Positions 41,830-52,940 of a stretch of DNA of 64,000 bases are shown here, piece after piece. Source of the stretch: an uncultured Nitrososphaeraceae archaeon (lineage in GTDB: Archaea; Thermoproteota; Nitrososphaeria; Nitrososphaerales; Nitrososphaeraceae). The position numbers and the translations under genes are program-made. Position 1 is the first letter of the stretch. The number at the start of each line of letters is the position of its first letter. The DNA is taken from NCBI GenBank assembly GCA_963779615.1, contig CAVZZA010000003.1, forward strand, positions 1,056,001 to 1,120,000, written 5' to 3'. Under the pieces are notes generated by a model, which was not told the DNA's origin, searched no databases, and was given only the letters and a program-made list of their open reading frames with translations.

Positions 41830-42999
41830 TTATGATGCGGGCAGTATTATTGATGGCGTGTCAGATGATGTTGTTGGTGGTGTTGTGGATACGGTTAATG
41901 TTGGATTAGTTGCTGTGAATGCTGTTGATGCCAGTTTATCTGCTGTGGATGCTAGTTTATCTGCTGTGGATTCCAGGTCATCTGCTGTGGATGCTAGTTT
42001 AGGTACTGTTAGTGTTAGTTTAGCCGATGCCTCAGCTGTCATTGTGGAGTTGTTTGCTGCTGCTGATTCAGATGCTGCTAATGTCTGTTTAGCCGCTGTG
42101 GATGTCTGTTTAGCCGCTGTGGATGTCTGTTTAGCCGCTGTGGATGTCTGTTTAGCCGCTGTGGATGTCTGTTTAGCCGCTGTGGATATCAGGTCTTCTG
42201 CTGCTGCTTCAGCCGCTGTGGATGTCTGTTTAGCCGCTGTGGACTCCAGGTTAGCCGCTGTGGATGTCAGGTTAGCCGCTGTGGACTCCAGGTTAGCCGC
42301 TGCTGCTGATATTTTATCTGCTGTGGATGTTAGTTTAGGTACTGTTAGTGTTAGTTTAGCCCCTGCTGCTGCTGTGGATGTCAGTTTAGTTGCCGCTGCT
42401 GCTGTTGATGATAAGTTGGCTGCGGTTGATGCCAGTTTATCTGCTGTGGATGCTAGTTTAGGTACTGTTAGTGTTAGTTTAGCCGCTGTTAGTGTTAATT
42501 TATCTGCTGTTAGTGCTAAGTTGTTTGTTGCTGACGTTGAGTTTGCCGCTGTTACGGTATTCACTGCCGATGGCGTTGAGTTTGCCGCTGTTACGGTATT
42601 CACTGCCGATGGCGTTGAGTTTGCCGCTGTTACGGTATTCACTGCTGTTGATGCTGTTTTATCAATACTTGCTATTTTTTTGGATGGATTATTTTCCCCG
42701 CTGCTGTCGTCGCCTCCGTCACTGCTGCTGCTGCTGTCGCCTCCGTCACTGCTGCTGCTGCTGTCGTCGCCTCCGTCACTGCTGCTGCTGCTGTCGTCGC
42801 CTCCGTCACTGCTGCTGCTGCTGTCGTCGCCTCCGTCACTGCTGCTGCTGCTGCTGTCGCCTCCGTCACTGCTGCTGCTGTCGCCTTCTGATTGTGCAAT
42901 TACTAAATTATTGACAGCACCAGCACTCATAATGCAAAAAATGGAAATGATTAAAACGCTTAAAACTATTTTTACTCTTAGCATGTTTTTATAGTACAT
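41830..42999 (-). CDS. secreted low-complexity repeat protein (Ser/Asp/Gly tract, then Ala/Thr/Ser heptads)
   Basis: Signal peptide; SSSSSDGGDD about x6, AVNTVTAANST x3, STAAKQT-like 7-mers. Confidence 0.75.
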   Translation of the reverse strand: MYYKNMLRVKIVLSVLIISIFCIMSAGAVNNLVIAQSEGDSSSSDGGDSSSSSSDGGDDSSSSSDGGDDSSSSSDGGDDSSSSSDGGDSSSSSDGGDDSSGENNPSKKIASIDKTASTAVNTVTAANSTPSAVNTVTAANSTPSAVNTVTAANSTSATNNLALTADKLTLTAAKLTLTVPKLASTADKLASTAANLSSTAAAATKLTSTAAAGAKLTLTVPKLTSTADKISAAAANLESTAANLTSTAANLESTAAKQTSTAAEAAAEDLISTAAKQTSTAAKQTSTAAKQTSTAAKQTSTAAKQTLAASESAAANNSTMTAEASAKLTLTVPKLASTADDLESTADKLASTADKLASTAFTATNPTLTVSTTPPTTSSDTPSIILPAS

Positions 43000-43903
43000 T
43001 TTCAGTATACATAAACATAGTCATTCTATAGGTAAAAATGTAACATAAAAATACACTATAAATTAAACAAACAACAATAGTCCGAAATATTTTTGGCGTT
43101 TTCTTTATAGTTGCACCAAATGTTTTTGTTCAGTCGATTGAACATTACCACTTTAACATATGCCACAATAGAAACATATTTCGCATCCTGCTATGAAATC
43201 ATTATTCTACCTCTCTCAATCCGGTATGTTTTAAAAGAACAGTAAAAAAAGAGTAATCATATAAATATATTTGATTTTGTTTAAATCAGATACGATTAAC
43301 AATGATATATCGATACTAAACCGGTTGGTACAATAAAATTTCAATAAAAATTCTTTTTAAGACAATTTTATGTTATATCGTGATTCTCCAGAACATAATA
43401 GTCATCCATAAATTATTTTCACTACTTCCTATGATTATTCTAAACAGATTAAATAATGATATTTTCCGGATTACCTCTTTTATCATGTTTTGAAAGCGGT
43501 TATGATGTAGATACAACATATTCTCTGCCACCAACATTGTCTTGATTGCTATTGAAAAAGTAGTTCCCATAGTAACGGAAAAAATTGAGTTTTTCAACTA
43601 AGGAATATTAATTCACACGCGGATTACACCAAATGTACTATTTGCATTCATTCCTTATACGGCTAATTTCAAAATTGAGAATTCAAATTAAAGATAATAT
43701 TCAGTTTGATGACATTGTGCAAAACTATTATAATTCTAAAATTCAATCATCTTTCGAGTTTTACAATATTATTGAAAATAACGGATTTGTCATGGATAAA
43801 GTTTTTAGTCAAGACTTGAAAGAAATCGTAATTTCATGGTTTATAATGCCAAATTCATCTTGAAAGTTTTTAAGCCTAACTATGTTCATTACATGAACTG
43901 GTC

Positions 43904-46132
43904 TTGAGTGATAACCATAGTAATGATAATGATAATGATAGTACATTCTCATTATCAAATCCATCGGATTCATCACCAGGTTTGAGCGAAAACACAACAA
44001 CAACATATTCAAAACATCAACAACCGAAAGAAAAGACCGAGGTATGGCATGGCGAAGAAAAAGCCATGGACGTGCTAGCCCAAACTATGTACAATGTTAA
44101 AAAGAGGGCAGATGTTTGCGGCGACTCTTTGTCACCATCTTTTTCAATGGGTGTTGAACTGATTAAAAACGGATATATCGATTTTAAAAAAAGAGGAGTT
44201 ACAATACGATTCATTACAGAAATTACTAAAGAAAATCTTGGCTATTGCAAAGAATTAATGCAGTATGTTGACCTTCGGCACATTCCCGAAGTTAAAGGAA
44301 ATATGGCAGTTAGTGAGACAGAATATGTAGCTACCGCCAAACTTGAAGGAGAGTCAAAACCCGTTACGCAGACCATTTACAGCAACGCTAAAGCTGTAAT
44401 TGAACAGCATAGATATTTCTTTGAGAATTTATGGGTAAATGCAATACCGGCTAGCCAAAAAATTAGAGGAATAGAGTATGGAACAGAGCCAACAAAAACA
44501 GAGGTGTTGGAAAGTGAGGAGGAAATATCAAAAAGGATAACAGAGTTTGTTAAAAGGTCTGGCTGGCTGTATGTTTGCTCTACAATCGGGGGAATGCAGT
44601 TAAGTTACAACAATTTCTTTGATGTGTACAAAGACGCCGTGCAAAGGCACAGAAATGGAAAGCATAAAGGGGTCAGATGGATTACGGCAATAAACAACAA
44701 CAAGGATATAGAGTTGGCAAAAGCCTTTTTGGATGAAGGAATAAACGTACGCCATGTGAAAAGCATACCGCTCCCCAGTTTTGCCCTAAGCGACAAAATG
44801 CTGATCTCCACCATAGAAAAGATGGAGGGCGGAAGAATGGTCACTAACCTGCTCAGTAGCAACGACACTCTATACCTTAACCACTATGGCGCAATTTTTA
44901 AGGAGCTGTGGAAAACTGGCATTGATGCAAAATCCCGAATCAGGGATATCGAAGAGGGACACTACATAAATGTGGAGATAATGCCAAATCCAAAAGAGTC
45001 GATTAGGTTTGTCGCCGAATTAAACAAATCCGCCAAAGAAGAGATACTGATATTGTTATCTTCCGAGAACGGGTTTTTACGTACAGAAAAAAGTGGGGGT
45101 CTTAATTTATTGAATGAATTAGCTTCCAAGGGAACAAAAGTAAAAGTTCTAACCCCATCAGAGTTCAGCATCATGGGCAAAATAGATCAAATAAAATCAA
45201 AGTATCGCCATATTGAGTTTAGAAGTTTACAGTTTTCCTTGCAATTGGTAATGGGTATTACTATCATTGACAGAGAGAAAAGCATGATTTTTGAAATTAA
45301 AGACGATACCAAGGATAGCTTTCTGCAAACTCTGGGCATATCAATTTATATTGAAAGCAAATCTGCCGCGCGATCTTACATATCTATTTTTGAAAGCCTA
45401 TGGAAACAAACAGAGATGTATCAAGAATTACAAGCACATGACAGGATACAAAAGGAATTTATCAACACAGCAGCCCATGAACTTAGAACCCCAATTCAGC
45501 CAATACTTGGGCTTACAGAATATGTGAAGAGCAAAACAAAAGACAAGGAGCACAAAGAATTACTTGACATAGTAATCAAAAATACAAAGAAATTAAAAAA
45601 ACTGGCGGAAGATATTTTGGATGTCTCGAAAATTGAAAGCAATTCACTAAACCTAAACAAAGAAAGATTTACAATTGATGACCTAATATTGGACATTGTT
45701 AAAGAATTTGGAAGTAAATCAGCCAATGGCAAGAAAATAGAATTTGAATGCACAAACCCAAATGACATATCTACCACAATATATGGAGACAAAAACAGAA
45801 TGGGCCAGGTAATATCCAATTTAATTAGTAATTCTATAAAATTTATTGCAAAGGAAGGATTGATAACTACAAGCATAGAAAAAAGAAGTGGCAATAGCGA
45901 CAGTGAGAAGAACATAGTTGTTGTTAGAGTCAAAGACACAGGCATTGGAATAGATAACGAGATATTGCCAAAGCTATTTACAAAGTTTACCTCAAAATCC
46001 TTCCAGGGGACTGGGTTGGGATTGTATATTTCAAAAAGAATTGTCGAGGCCCATGACGGGAGAATATGGGCAGAAAACAATAAGGATGAAAAAGGCGCCA
46101 CATTTTCTTTTAGCCTGCCTTCAAATGACTAA
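43904..46132 (+). CDS. soluble sensor histidine kinase
   Basis: H-box AAHELRTP, N-box NLISNSIKF, DTGIG, GTGLGL; three repeated PLD/TrmB-like N-terminal domains; no TM. Confidence 0.93.
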   Translation: MSDNHSNDNDNDSTFSLSNPSDSSPGLSENTTTTYSKHQQPKEKTEVWHGEEKAMDVLAQTMYNVKKRADVCGDSLSPSFSMGVELIKNGYIDFKKRGVTIRFITEITKENLGYCKELMQYVDLRHIPEVKGNMAVSETEYVATAKLEGESKPVTQTIYSNAKAVIEQHRYFFENLWVNAIPASQKIRGIEYGTEPTKTEVLESEEEISKRITEFVKRSGWLYVCSTIGGMQLSYNNFFDVYKDAVQRHRNGKHKGVRWITAINNNKDIELAKAFLDEGINVRHVKSIPLPSFALSDKMLISTIEKMEGGRMVTNLLSSNDTLYLNHYGAIFKELWKTGIDAKSRIRDIEEGHYINVEIMPNPKESIRFVAELNKSAKEEILILLSSENGFLRTEKSGGLNLLNELASKGTKVKVLTPSEFSIMGKIDQIKSKYRHIEFRSLQFSLQLVMGITIIDREKSMIFEIKDDTKDSFLQTLGISIYIESKSAARSYISIFESLWKQTEMYQELQAHDRIQKEFINTAAHELRTPIQPILGLTEYVKSKTKDKEHKELLDIVIKNTKKLKKLAEDILDVSKIESNSLNLNKERFTIDDLILDIVKEFGSKSANGKKIEFECTNPNDISTTIYGDKNRMGQVISNLISNSIKFIAKEGLITTSIEKRSGNSDSEKNIVVVRVKDTGIGIDNEILPKLFTKFTSKSFQGTGLGLYISKRIVEAHDGRIWAENNKDEKGATFSFSLPSND

Positions 46133-46283
46133 ATCCAAGACCGATTTCAAAAATTGAAAACTAATGAAAGATTGTCACAAATTCCTCACACCTGCAATCA
46201 ATAAAGTTCAGGGCTTGACTCACTGATTGACTAAATACAAAATAAAATTATTTGTATATTATTTTTAACCCAATAGACAAGGT

Positions 46284-46295
46284 GGGGGCGCCCCC
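46284..46295. terminator. GC palindrome between convergent genes
   Basis: GGGGGCGCCCCC in an AT-rich intergenic region. Confidence 0.3.
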
Positions 46296-46312
46296 TACAA
46301 AAAAGGACCTTG

Positions 46313-46810
46313 TTATGTAGGTGATGTTATCGTGTTAGAGGATTTTCCAAAAAATGCTTTTACATGTGGTCGGTAAAGATAATACAATATTATGATGTCG
46401 ATAGCTATCCCAATTATTTGCCCTATCAATCCTGACATTATTGAGGCGCCATCGTTGGAGATTGACGCAACAATTACTGAATTGGTAATTCCGGAAACTA
46501 TCTGAATGGCAATACTTATCACTGTCAGTATTATTGTAATTGTCCATGCCCAGCCTTTGCCTTTTAAGAGCCCATAGGACATGACTAGGTATCCTATACC
46601 CACTACAAGAAGGATTGCGCCTAACGATAGAAATACTATTCCAAAAAACGAACCCATTGATTCAGGTCCATTGGGGTTATTAGGGTTATCCGGGGTGGAA
46701 ATTGAAAACAATGCACCTGCACCAATCAAAGATAATCCACTAAATAGCAACAATATTCCAGATATTATGGCAAGAATTGCGATAATCGTTACACCTGTCG
46801 GTCTATTCAT
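46313..46810 (-). CDS. 4-TM membrane protein (RPTGVTIIAIL type)
   Basis: RPTGVTII, YGLLKGKGWAW and YYLYRPHVKAFF motifs; start moved to ATG 46810. Confidence 0.85.
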   Translation of the reverse strand: MNRPTGVTIIAILAIISGILLLFSGLSLIGAGALFSISTPDNPNNPNGPESMGSFFGIVFLSLGAILLVVGIGYLVMSYGLLKGKGWAWTITIILTVISIAIQIVSGITNSVIVASISNDGASIMSGLIGQIIGIAIDIIILYYLYRPHVKAFFGKSSNTITSPT

Positions 46811-47280
46811 TTTTTGTGTCAAGGTTTTAAAATAAACACGCAACTAAATAAAGTTAAATTTTTATAATTTTCTTTCTTGTTTTGTTAATCTGTAATTTAC
46901 AAGGCAAGGAAAAAACCAGGCGATAACATAAGTACGCAGCAAATCACTATTACCACGGACTATCATTAGGAAATTTGTCAAAATGGATTTCTTTTTGATT
47001 TTCCAAAATCAATACACCCCTATTTCTGTTGTGTAATTCAATTTTTAAAATCATGCTATTTTTTCATTTACTATATACATCTGATGTTCGATATAATAAT
47101 CATATAGATAAGTTTATTTTGAATACATGGCGTCCTTTTTGCTCAGCCTGCAAATCAAATTGCAGCATAATAACTATTCTTTTGTTATGGCTAAAACTTA
47201 ATTACCTGTATAGTTCAACTAATAGCACAGTGTTGCACATTGTAACACAATTCATTAAACATGGAGACGAGAAAACATAA

Positions 47281-47574
47281 ATGAAGAAACCTAATTGGGT
47301 ATGCTCTGCATGCAGCATGTGGTCAAGCAGAAAATCCAGTGTAAAACGCCATATAAAAAATCAGCACAATGGTAATACTTCATTGGTTACATTTATGGAC
47401 TACATAGTGGGGAGACAATCAGGGCGATATTTACGGCCGTCCCCACCGCCATCTTCATTTCAGCGCTCTAATTACCAGAATAAAGAGAAAGAGTCCCCTC
47501 TGGATACATTTACACATGAATATATGAAAGAAAAAGCAAGACTAGCTGCCAGAAAAGAGATGGGTCTTATTTAA
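47281..47574 (+). CDS. C2H2 zinc finger protein
   Basis: CSACSMWSSRKSSVKRHIKNQH. Confidence 0.75.
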   Translation: MKKPNWVCSACSMWSSRKSSVKRHIKNQHNGNTSLVTFMDYIVGRQSGRYLRPSPPPSSFQRSNYQNKEKESPLDTFTHEYMKEKARLAARKEMGLI

Positions 47575-47993
47575 TTTTGGAATCTGTTCAACAAATAATC
47601 TAATTGCATTCAGTGACGCGGGAATTGGAATATGATAGGACTTTAAATGGAGGACAAGATATGTATCATCTGTGCTCCAATGGAACATTTTGGATCAAAT
47701 ATTTTATCCCTTTTTTATATGACCCAAGTTTTTCGAAATTATTGAAACAGTGGTCAATTTGATCATTGTTTCGGTCAAATCGGTCAAAAAATAGTCTTTT
47801 TTATGCACTACTATGAGCGTGATTTGAGCACGGTGGATATTATCATTTACCTTAGGAAATAAGAGTTGAAATAACTTTGGCGTATATCTTTAGTATTAAA
47901 AATTGAATTTGTTTCAATGTAATTTTTAAATATGATTTTTATTAAGGCCAATGCTGTTTCAACGGATACATACCCTATTCAATTTAACCCTAT

Positions 47994-48335
47994 TCAATTT
48001 AACCTTCTGCTTATTGTACTGTAATCGGGGATTGACGGCAATTTTCCTTTGGCATGTCCTTTTGCAGTACCCTCTGTTTGAAGAAAGGGTAGATGAAAGT
48101 ACGCTTTGACATGTCCCAGTAAAAGAAGAAATGCGTTGGGATGTTGAAACGGTTCGTCGGACTTATCTCCGTATACATCCTTTAGTTCTTGGCCCCAGTT
48201 GTCAATGACATCAAAACCGAGTAGGATCTCGCCACGCCTAACAAGCATTTGGTTGTATTCTGACCATTTCACACAGTTCGTAGGTGGGGGCCAGCTAAGT
48301 GTATTTGGAAATAAGGAATCATGCAACAAAGCACA
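47994..48335 (-). mobile_element. truncated IS5-family transposase (5' part only)
   Basis: WSEYNQMLVRRGEILLGFD...HLPFLQTEG...IPDYSTISRRL; ends at a 15-bp tandem duplication (47972..48001). Confidence 0.8.
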
Positions 48336-48440
48336 ACTAGACTACATCTTACACAACTCAACCAGGCAAGGCCATTTATTTAATAATTATTTTTTAGAAT
48401 ACGGTATTAGGTATTCTACTTTTGCTTTTTTCCTTTGACT

Positions 48441-49136
48441 TTATATTTTCTTTTTATCAAATGTTATTTCCAGTATTCCATTATTATACCTGGACCTAGC
48501 AGTTTCAATATCTGTTTCTGGGGGTAATCCTATAGTTTTGTGACATTTTCTTTGAGGGTTGTCAGCTGTCACCTCAACTGTTTCACCATAAGCGTTTATC
48601 TTGATGTCTTCTTTCTTTACACCCAGTATTTCCATTACAACTTTGACTTCTTTGTCGGTTGTATTCACATCGACTAGGGGCTCTCTTTCAGTAATTTTCT
48701 GCGAGTCTTCTCCAGATCCATTTTCTGCAAATCCTATTTTTTCTGCTACTGCATCAAGAGAATCAACATTTCCAAATTCTATAACACGAGGTTTACCATC
48801 AAATCCAATAGTCATTGAATATCCATAAACCAGTGGCCTGGCTTCTCTTACGCGTCTGCCATCAAATCCAATAGTCATTGAATATCCATAAACCAGTGGC
48901 CTGGCTTCTCTTACGAGAGGTCTACCTCCTTCAGGTATTTGGTGTTCTCTTACTAATTCTTTTGGTGCGTTTGATTGGACATGGTTTGATTGGCCAAATC
49001 TTCTCCCTATTTCTGCTTGTATAGCATCAAATTCACTAAGCCTGTTACTTCCTATTGATTTGCTTTTTACACTATTTCTACCACGGCCAAAAAATCTCTT
49101 AAACCCATCATAATTAATTATATCTTTAACATTCAT
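48441..49136 (-). CDS. hsp20: archaeal small heat shock protein Hsp20 with an internal 21-aa duplication
   Basis: VYGYSMTIGFDGKPRVIEFGN, EPLVDV, GVKKEDIK and RYNNGILEI; start moved to ATG 49136. Confidence 0.9.
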   Translation of the reverse strand: MNVKDIINYDGFKRFFGRGRNSVKSKSIGSNRLSEFDAIQAEIGRRFGQSNHVQSNAPKELVREHQIPEGGRPLVREARPLVYGYSMTIGFDGRRVREARPLVYGYSMTIGFDGKPRVIEFGNVDSLDAVAEKIGFAENGSGEDSQKITEREPLVDVNTTDKEVKVVMEILGVKKEDIKINAYGETVEVTADNPQRKCHKTIGLPPETDIETARSRYNNGILEITFDKKKI

Positions 49137-49267
49137 TTGTATTATTTCCTTTAATACTATGTAATATACATTACATAATATATATTTTTCTAACATTTTG
49201 TTATTTTTATATATATAAAGTAAAAAATACATTTTGGATTTACATATTCTAATACTCTGATTTAGTT

Positions 49268-49632
49268 ATGAACTTTAAAAAAATAATAACAAAAATCATC
49301 GTCAACCCAATAAAATCATTGCCCAAATTATTGTCAGTTGGCATAATATCTCTGTTTAGTGCTATACATCTACCTCGTTATCAAATAGAGGCATAATCTC
49401 CTATGCACAACAACAATCAGTAGATCCCTGGTCTGAGGCTTTAAAAACAGCTCGATCAAAATTGGAGACAGCAACACCACCTGGGGCGTTTGGAAATGGT
49501 GTTCCAGACCTGTGTAACATAACGACTCAAGAATTACTGATGGTCTTTGGAATTATATCCATTGGTAGCATATTGGTGTATACCACAATCAACTTGATAA
49601 ATCGCAGAGAGAAGATAAAAAGTGACCATTGA
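49268..49632 (+). pseudogene. frameshifted small membrane or secreted protein
   Basis: Signal-like N-terminus, then another frame ...YAQQQSVDPWSEALK...PGAFGNGVP...TM helix, TGA 49632. Confidence 0.45.
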
Positions 49633-49648
49633 TCACTACTGTTTCTGC

Positions 49649-49831
49649 GGCCCTGTTAACTTAAGTATTTTATAATAATTTTATTTAACTATTCCCTAGG
49701 TTCATTTTACCCGTCAGGTAGAATTTGTTCTATTTTAAGCATAATTTGTGGCCAATTATCTCTAAAAAATATTTTACCATGATTTTTAATGGCTTAAAAT
49801 AATGGAAAAATTTCCTTAAGTTAACAGAGCC
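49649..49831. mobile_element. IS6-type MITE (183 bp) with 8-bp target duplication
   Basis: TIRs GGCCCTGTTAACTTAAG / CTTAAGTTAACAGAGCC; direct repeat GTTTCTGC at 49641..49648 and 49832..49839. Confidence 0.9.
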
Positions 49832-50097
49832 GTTTCTGCTCATTAAAAGGATATTAATCACCTAAAACAAGAGACTAAGCCTTTCTTTTTTAACTTTCTT
49901 TAAGGAATTAATGCATTATTAATAAAACAAATAAAGGTATAGTAGAGATTCGACATTAAATGAATAAGAATTTCCACATTATCTAAAAGTATTACAAACA
50001 TAAGACTCTGATTCCAGATTTGATGATTTCATATATTACCTATACCAAACATTATAACAACCAGAATGAACAAATATGGATTCAAGGTGAAAATATA

Positions 50098-51147
50098 ATG
50101 AGTGACAACTTTTCTGAATATCTAATTGATACAATAAACAAAGGCTCATTATCTTTGATGTTATCAATCGGTCATAGAGCTAAATTATTTGATCTAATGT
50201 CTACTCTGCCCCCATCATCCATTAAAGAAATTGCAGAGAAATCCAAACTTAATGAAAGATATGTTAAGGAATGGCTTGGGGCAATGGTAACTGGAAAAAT
50301 TATTGATTATGATTCTGAAAATAACACATTTACATTAGCAAAAGAAAAAGCACAATGCCTGACTCGAGAAGACAGCGTATATAATTTTGCTGCATCAATG
50401 CAATGGATTCCAGTATTAGCTCAAGTTGAAGATGAAATTTTAGAATGCTTCAGTAAAGGTGGTGGCGTTCCTTACTCCTCCTATCATCGATTCCATGAGG
50501 TCATGGCAGAAGAAAGCTATCAAACAGTAGTAACAGGCTTAATCGAACACATTTTGCCTTTAGCTCCAAATCTTATCAATAAATTAGAAAAAGGAATCAA
50601 AGTACTGGACATAGGATGTGGAATGGGCAAGGCTGTCAATATGATGGCCAAACATTTTCCTAATAGCACTTTTTATGGATATGATTTATCTGAGCAGGCA
50701 ATTGAAGTGGCAAAAAAAGAAGCAACAAAAATAGGAAACCCAAACACAGTTTTTCAGGTACAAGACATTCTCAATCTAAATTTTATAGAAAAATTTGATT
50801 GTATTACCGCATTTGATGCAATACATGACCAACCAAAACCAGATGAAGTATTGAGGAATATATATAAATCGTTAAACAATGGAGGAATGTTTCTTATGCA
50901 AGATATTCTTGCATCTACATCTTTAAAAGACAATGTTGCACACCCTCTTGGTCCTTTCCTCTACACAATATCATGTTTACATTGTGTGTCTGTCTCACTA
51001 TCTCAGAACGGGGCAGGCCTTGGTGCGATGTGGGGTAAAGAAAAAGCTATTGAAATGTTAAAGGAATCTGGATTTTCAAATGTGGAGGTTAAAACTTTAC
51101 CTCATGATTTCCAAAATTATTACTATACATCCTACAGGGAAGAATAA
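50098..51147 (+). CDS. wHTH plus class I SAM-dependent methyltransferase (Rv2258c-like)
   Basis: ERYVKEWL wHTH, VLDIGCGMG, FDAIHD and GLGAMWG; start moved to ATG 50098. Confidence 0.9.
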   Translation: MSDNFSEYLIDTINKGSLSLMLSIGHRAKLFDLMSTLPPSSIKEIAEKSKLNERYVKEWLGAMVTGKIIDYDSENNTFTLAKEKAQCLTREDSVYNFAASMQWIPVLAQVEDEILECFSKGGGVPYSSYHRFHEVMAEESYQTVVTGLIEHILPLAPNLINKLEKGIKVLDIGCGMGKAVNMMAKHFPNSTFYGYDLSEQAIEVAKKEATKIGNPNTVFQVQDILNLNFIEKFDCITAFDAIHDQPKPDEVLRNIYKSLNNGGMFLMQDILASTSLKDNVAHPLGPFLYTISCLHCVSVSLSQNGAGLGAMWGKEKAIEMLKESGFSNVEVKTLPHDFQNYYYTSYREE

Positions 51148-51355
51148 TAGGTTAGTGTGTTTGACCCGGGTTGTCTTGGGGTTGGAAAATACTTTCCAGA
51201 ACAAACATAATCCATGCCAAACAGAAAGAAGAGGAGGCAAGATTCGTCTCAAGAGGAAAAAGACTACAATCAACACTATTCTATTTTTGAACGACCTTTG
51301 CCAAGTTCCCGTTCGGCAGACAATCATTTTATGAATGCCAAAAGCCATTTTGCAA

Positions 51356-51631
51356 TCACAAAATCATCTCTTGGTTGTATTCTTTTTGCTTTTTTAATTG
51401 TGTAGCGTAATCTTTAGCCATATTAAGTACCAGTGGTTTCATCGTATCACAAAATAACTTACATAACAGGTCAAATGTCGCTTCTGTTATTTGCATATAT
51501 GATTGATTGGAATTACTTACAAAATTGTACCAATTATCATTCAGCATTTTAAAAAATTCATAGAGAGGGTTCGGAGAATGGTAATTGTCTTTTGTTGGGA
51601 TGTAGTAATCCATATGCAAAAATCTTATCAA
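51356..51631 (-). CDS. hypothetical protein
   Basis: ORF only; no motif. Confidence 0.3.
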   Translation of the reverse strand: MIRFLHMDYYIPTKDNYHSPNPLYEFFKMLNDNWYNFVSNSNQSYMQITEATFDLLCKLFCDTMKPLVLNMAKDYATQLKKQKEYNQEMIL

Positions 51632-51799
51632 CTTCTATAAATAATGATTTATTTCCAAGACAAAATATCTATAAAAAATTTATAGGAAAATATCCAAATG
51701 CTATATGTGACTTTTATTAATGGTTGCATTGTCATAAACCATTTATTAAATTCTTGTTTTTATGACAGCAAATAAGGCAATGATTTTCATCAAATACTT

Positions 51800-52215
51800 A
51801 GTTGCTTTTTGTAAAATTTCATTGTAACCTGTATTGCATTCTATACCTTCCAAGACATACACAATTAATTATGGCAGAGGCATTTAAAGACCTGAAGTTA
51901 ATCAACTATTTTGCCATCTTCTCAACTACAAACTTTCCTTTTAGGATTGGCCAATATTTCTATAATAGGTCTAGGAAGATAGCATTGGTTACCTCTTTGT
52001 TTATCATATGCTTGAGGTTTTGGCAGTATTGTTATTGGTTGAATTGTTGGTATAGACCCATTTTTTAGCATTTATCTCTGGGGCATCAATTAATCCATCC
52101 AGACTCTTGGTCCCTGCATTGTTATCCGGAGGAATGGTGGGGAATCTGTGGCTATATTGGGCCACCCATTTATTGGAATATCCATAATCGCTACAATATT
52201 AGGAAAAAATTTGGC
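51800..52215 (+). pseudogene. heavily degraded MIP/aquaporin gene (copy 1)
   Basis: AFISGASINPSRLLVPALLSGG and LWLY remnants; alignable by eye with 54100-54450. Confidence 0.6.
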
Positions 52216-52444
52216 AATGGATGATATTAATTTGTTGAAATATATGCCATTCTACATGAAAAGCAACATAAAAACAACACATGTAGCAGTTGTAAAAATA
52301 CAATAACAGAGAAAGCAGTAGATTTTTGTTTCTTTCATAAACCAACAGGATAATAATATTTGTTGTTGATGGTATTATCAGCAAAAGAGAAATAGGCTTG
52401 GTCAACAATCCGGTCAACAAACAACTTGTTTTGAGTATAAAAGA

Positions 52445-52475
52445 GGTGTGAAGTGCGGAATTTGTACTCGCGTCC
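52445..52475 (-). other. degenerate tRNA 3'-end copy 1
   Basis: Reverse complement GGACGCGAGTACAAATTCCGCACTTCACACC. Confidence 0.55.
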
Positions 52476-52940
52476 ATCACTTTGATGGGACTTGATAAAA
52501 GTGGCACCTCTTCATCCAACAAGTGGGTCATCTTTTTCATGATGATGGAATTTAACTTTAACTTGTACTCATAGGACTTTAAAACCTGCTTCTATCCATG
52601 ATGAAATCGGATTACAGGCTTTAAGAAGGGACATGGTTGAGATAGGGGACAAAAGTATTAAAGGTTAGTCTTTTGCCCTGTCAATTATATCCATATGCAT
52701 ATGCGTTTATTGTCCTTTAATGCTGTTCTATTTTAAAAAGGGAATGAAGGAACCGGGCTTTTTAAGTTGGTTACTCAAGTCCTGGTCGCTTCTTTTTGAG
52801 TTTTTCTTTTCTTTAGCCGTCTTTTGGCTTCAGCATACATGCCATGCCATTATTGAGATATTGGCTTTTATGATGGCTTACAAATGCACTGTACTTTTGC
52901 TACCTACCCACTTTTATAGCGTACAAAGGACAGTATCAAC

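Noticed and set aside
42080-42890. Regular short repeats resembling a CRISPR array
   Set aside because: Contiguous in-frame coding repeats with no unique spacers and no cas genes
41804-42994. 396-aa ORF antisense to the repeat protein
   Set aside because: Shadow frame caused by low-complexity codons; the minus-strand ORF has the signal peptide
45496-46101. 201-aa minus-strand ORF
   Set aside because: Antisense to the conserved histidine kinase catalytic domain
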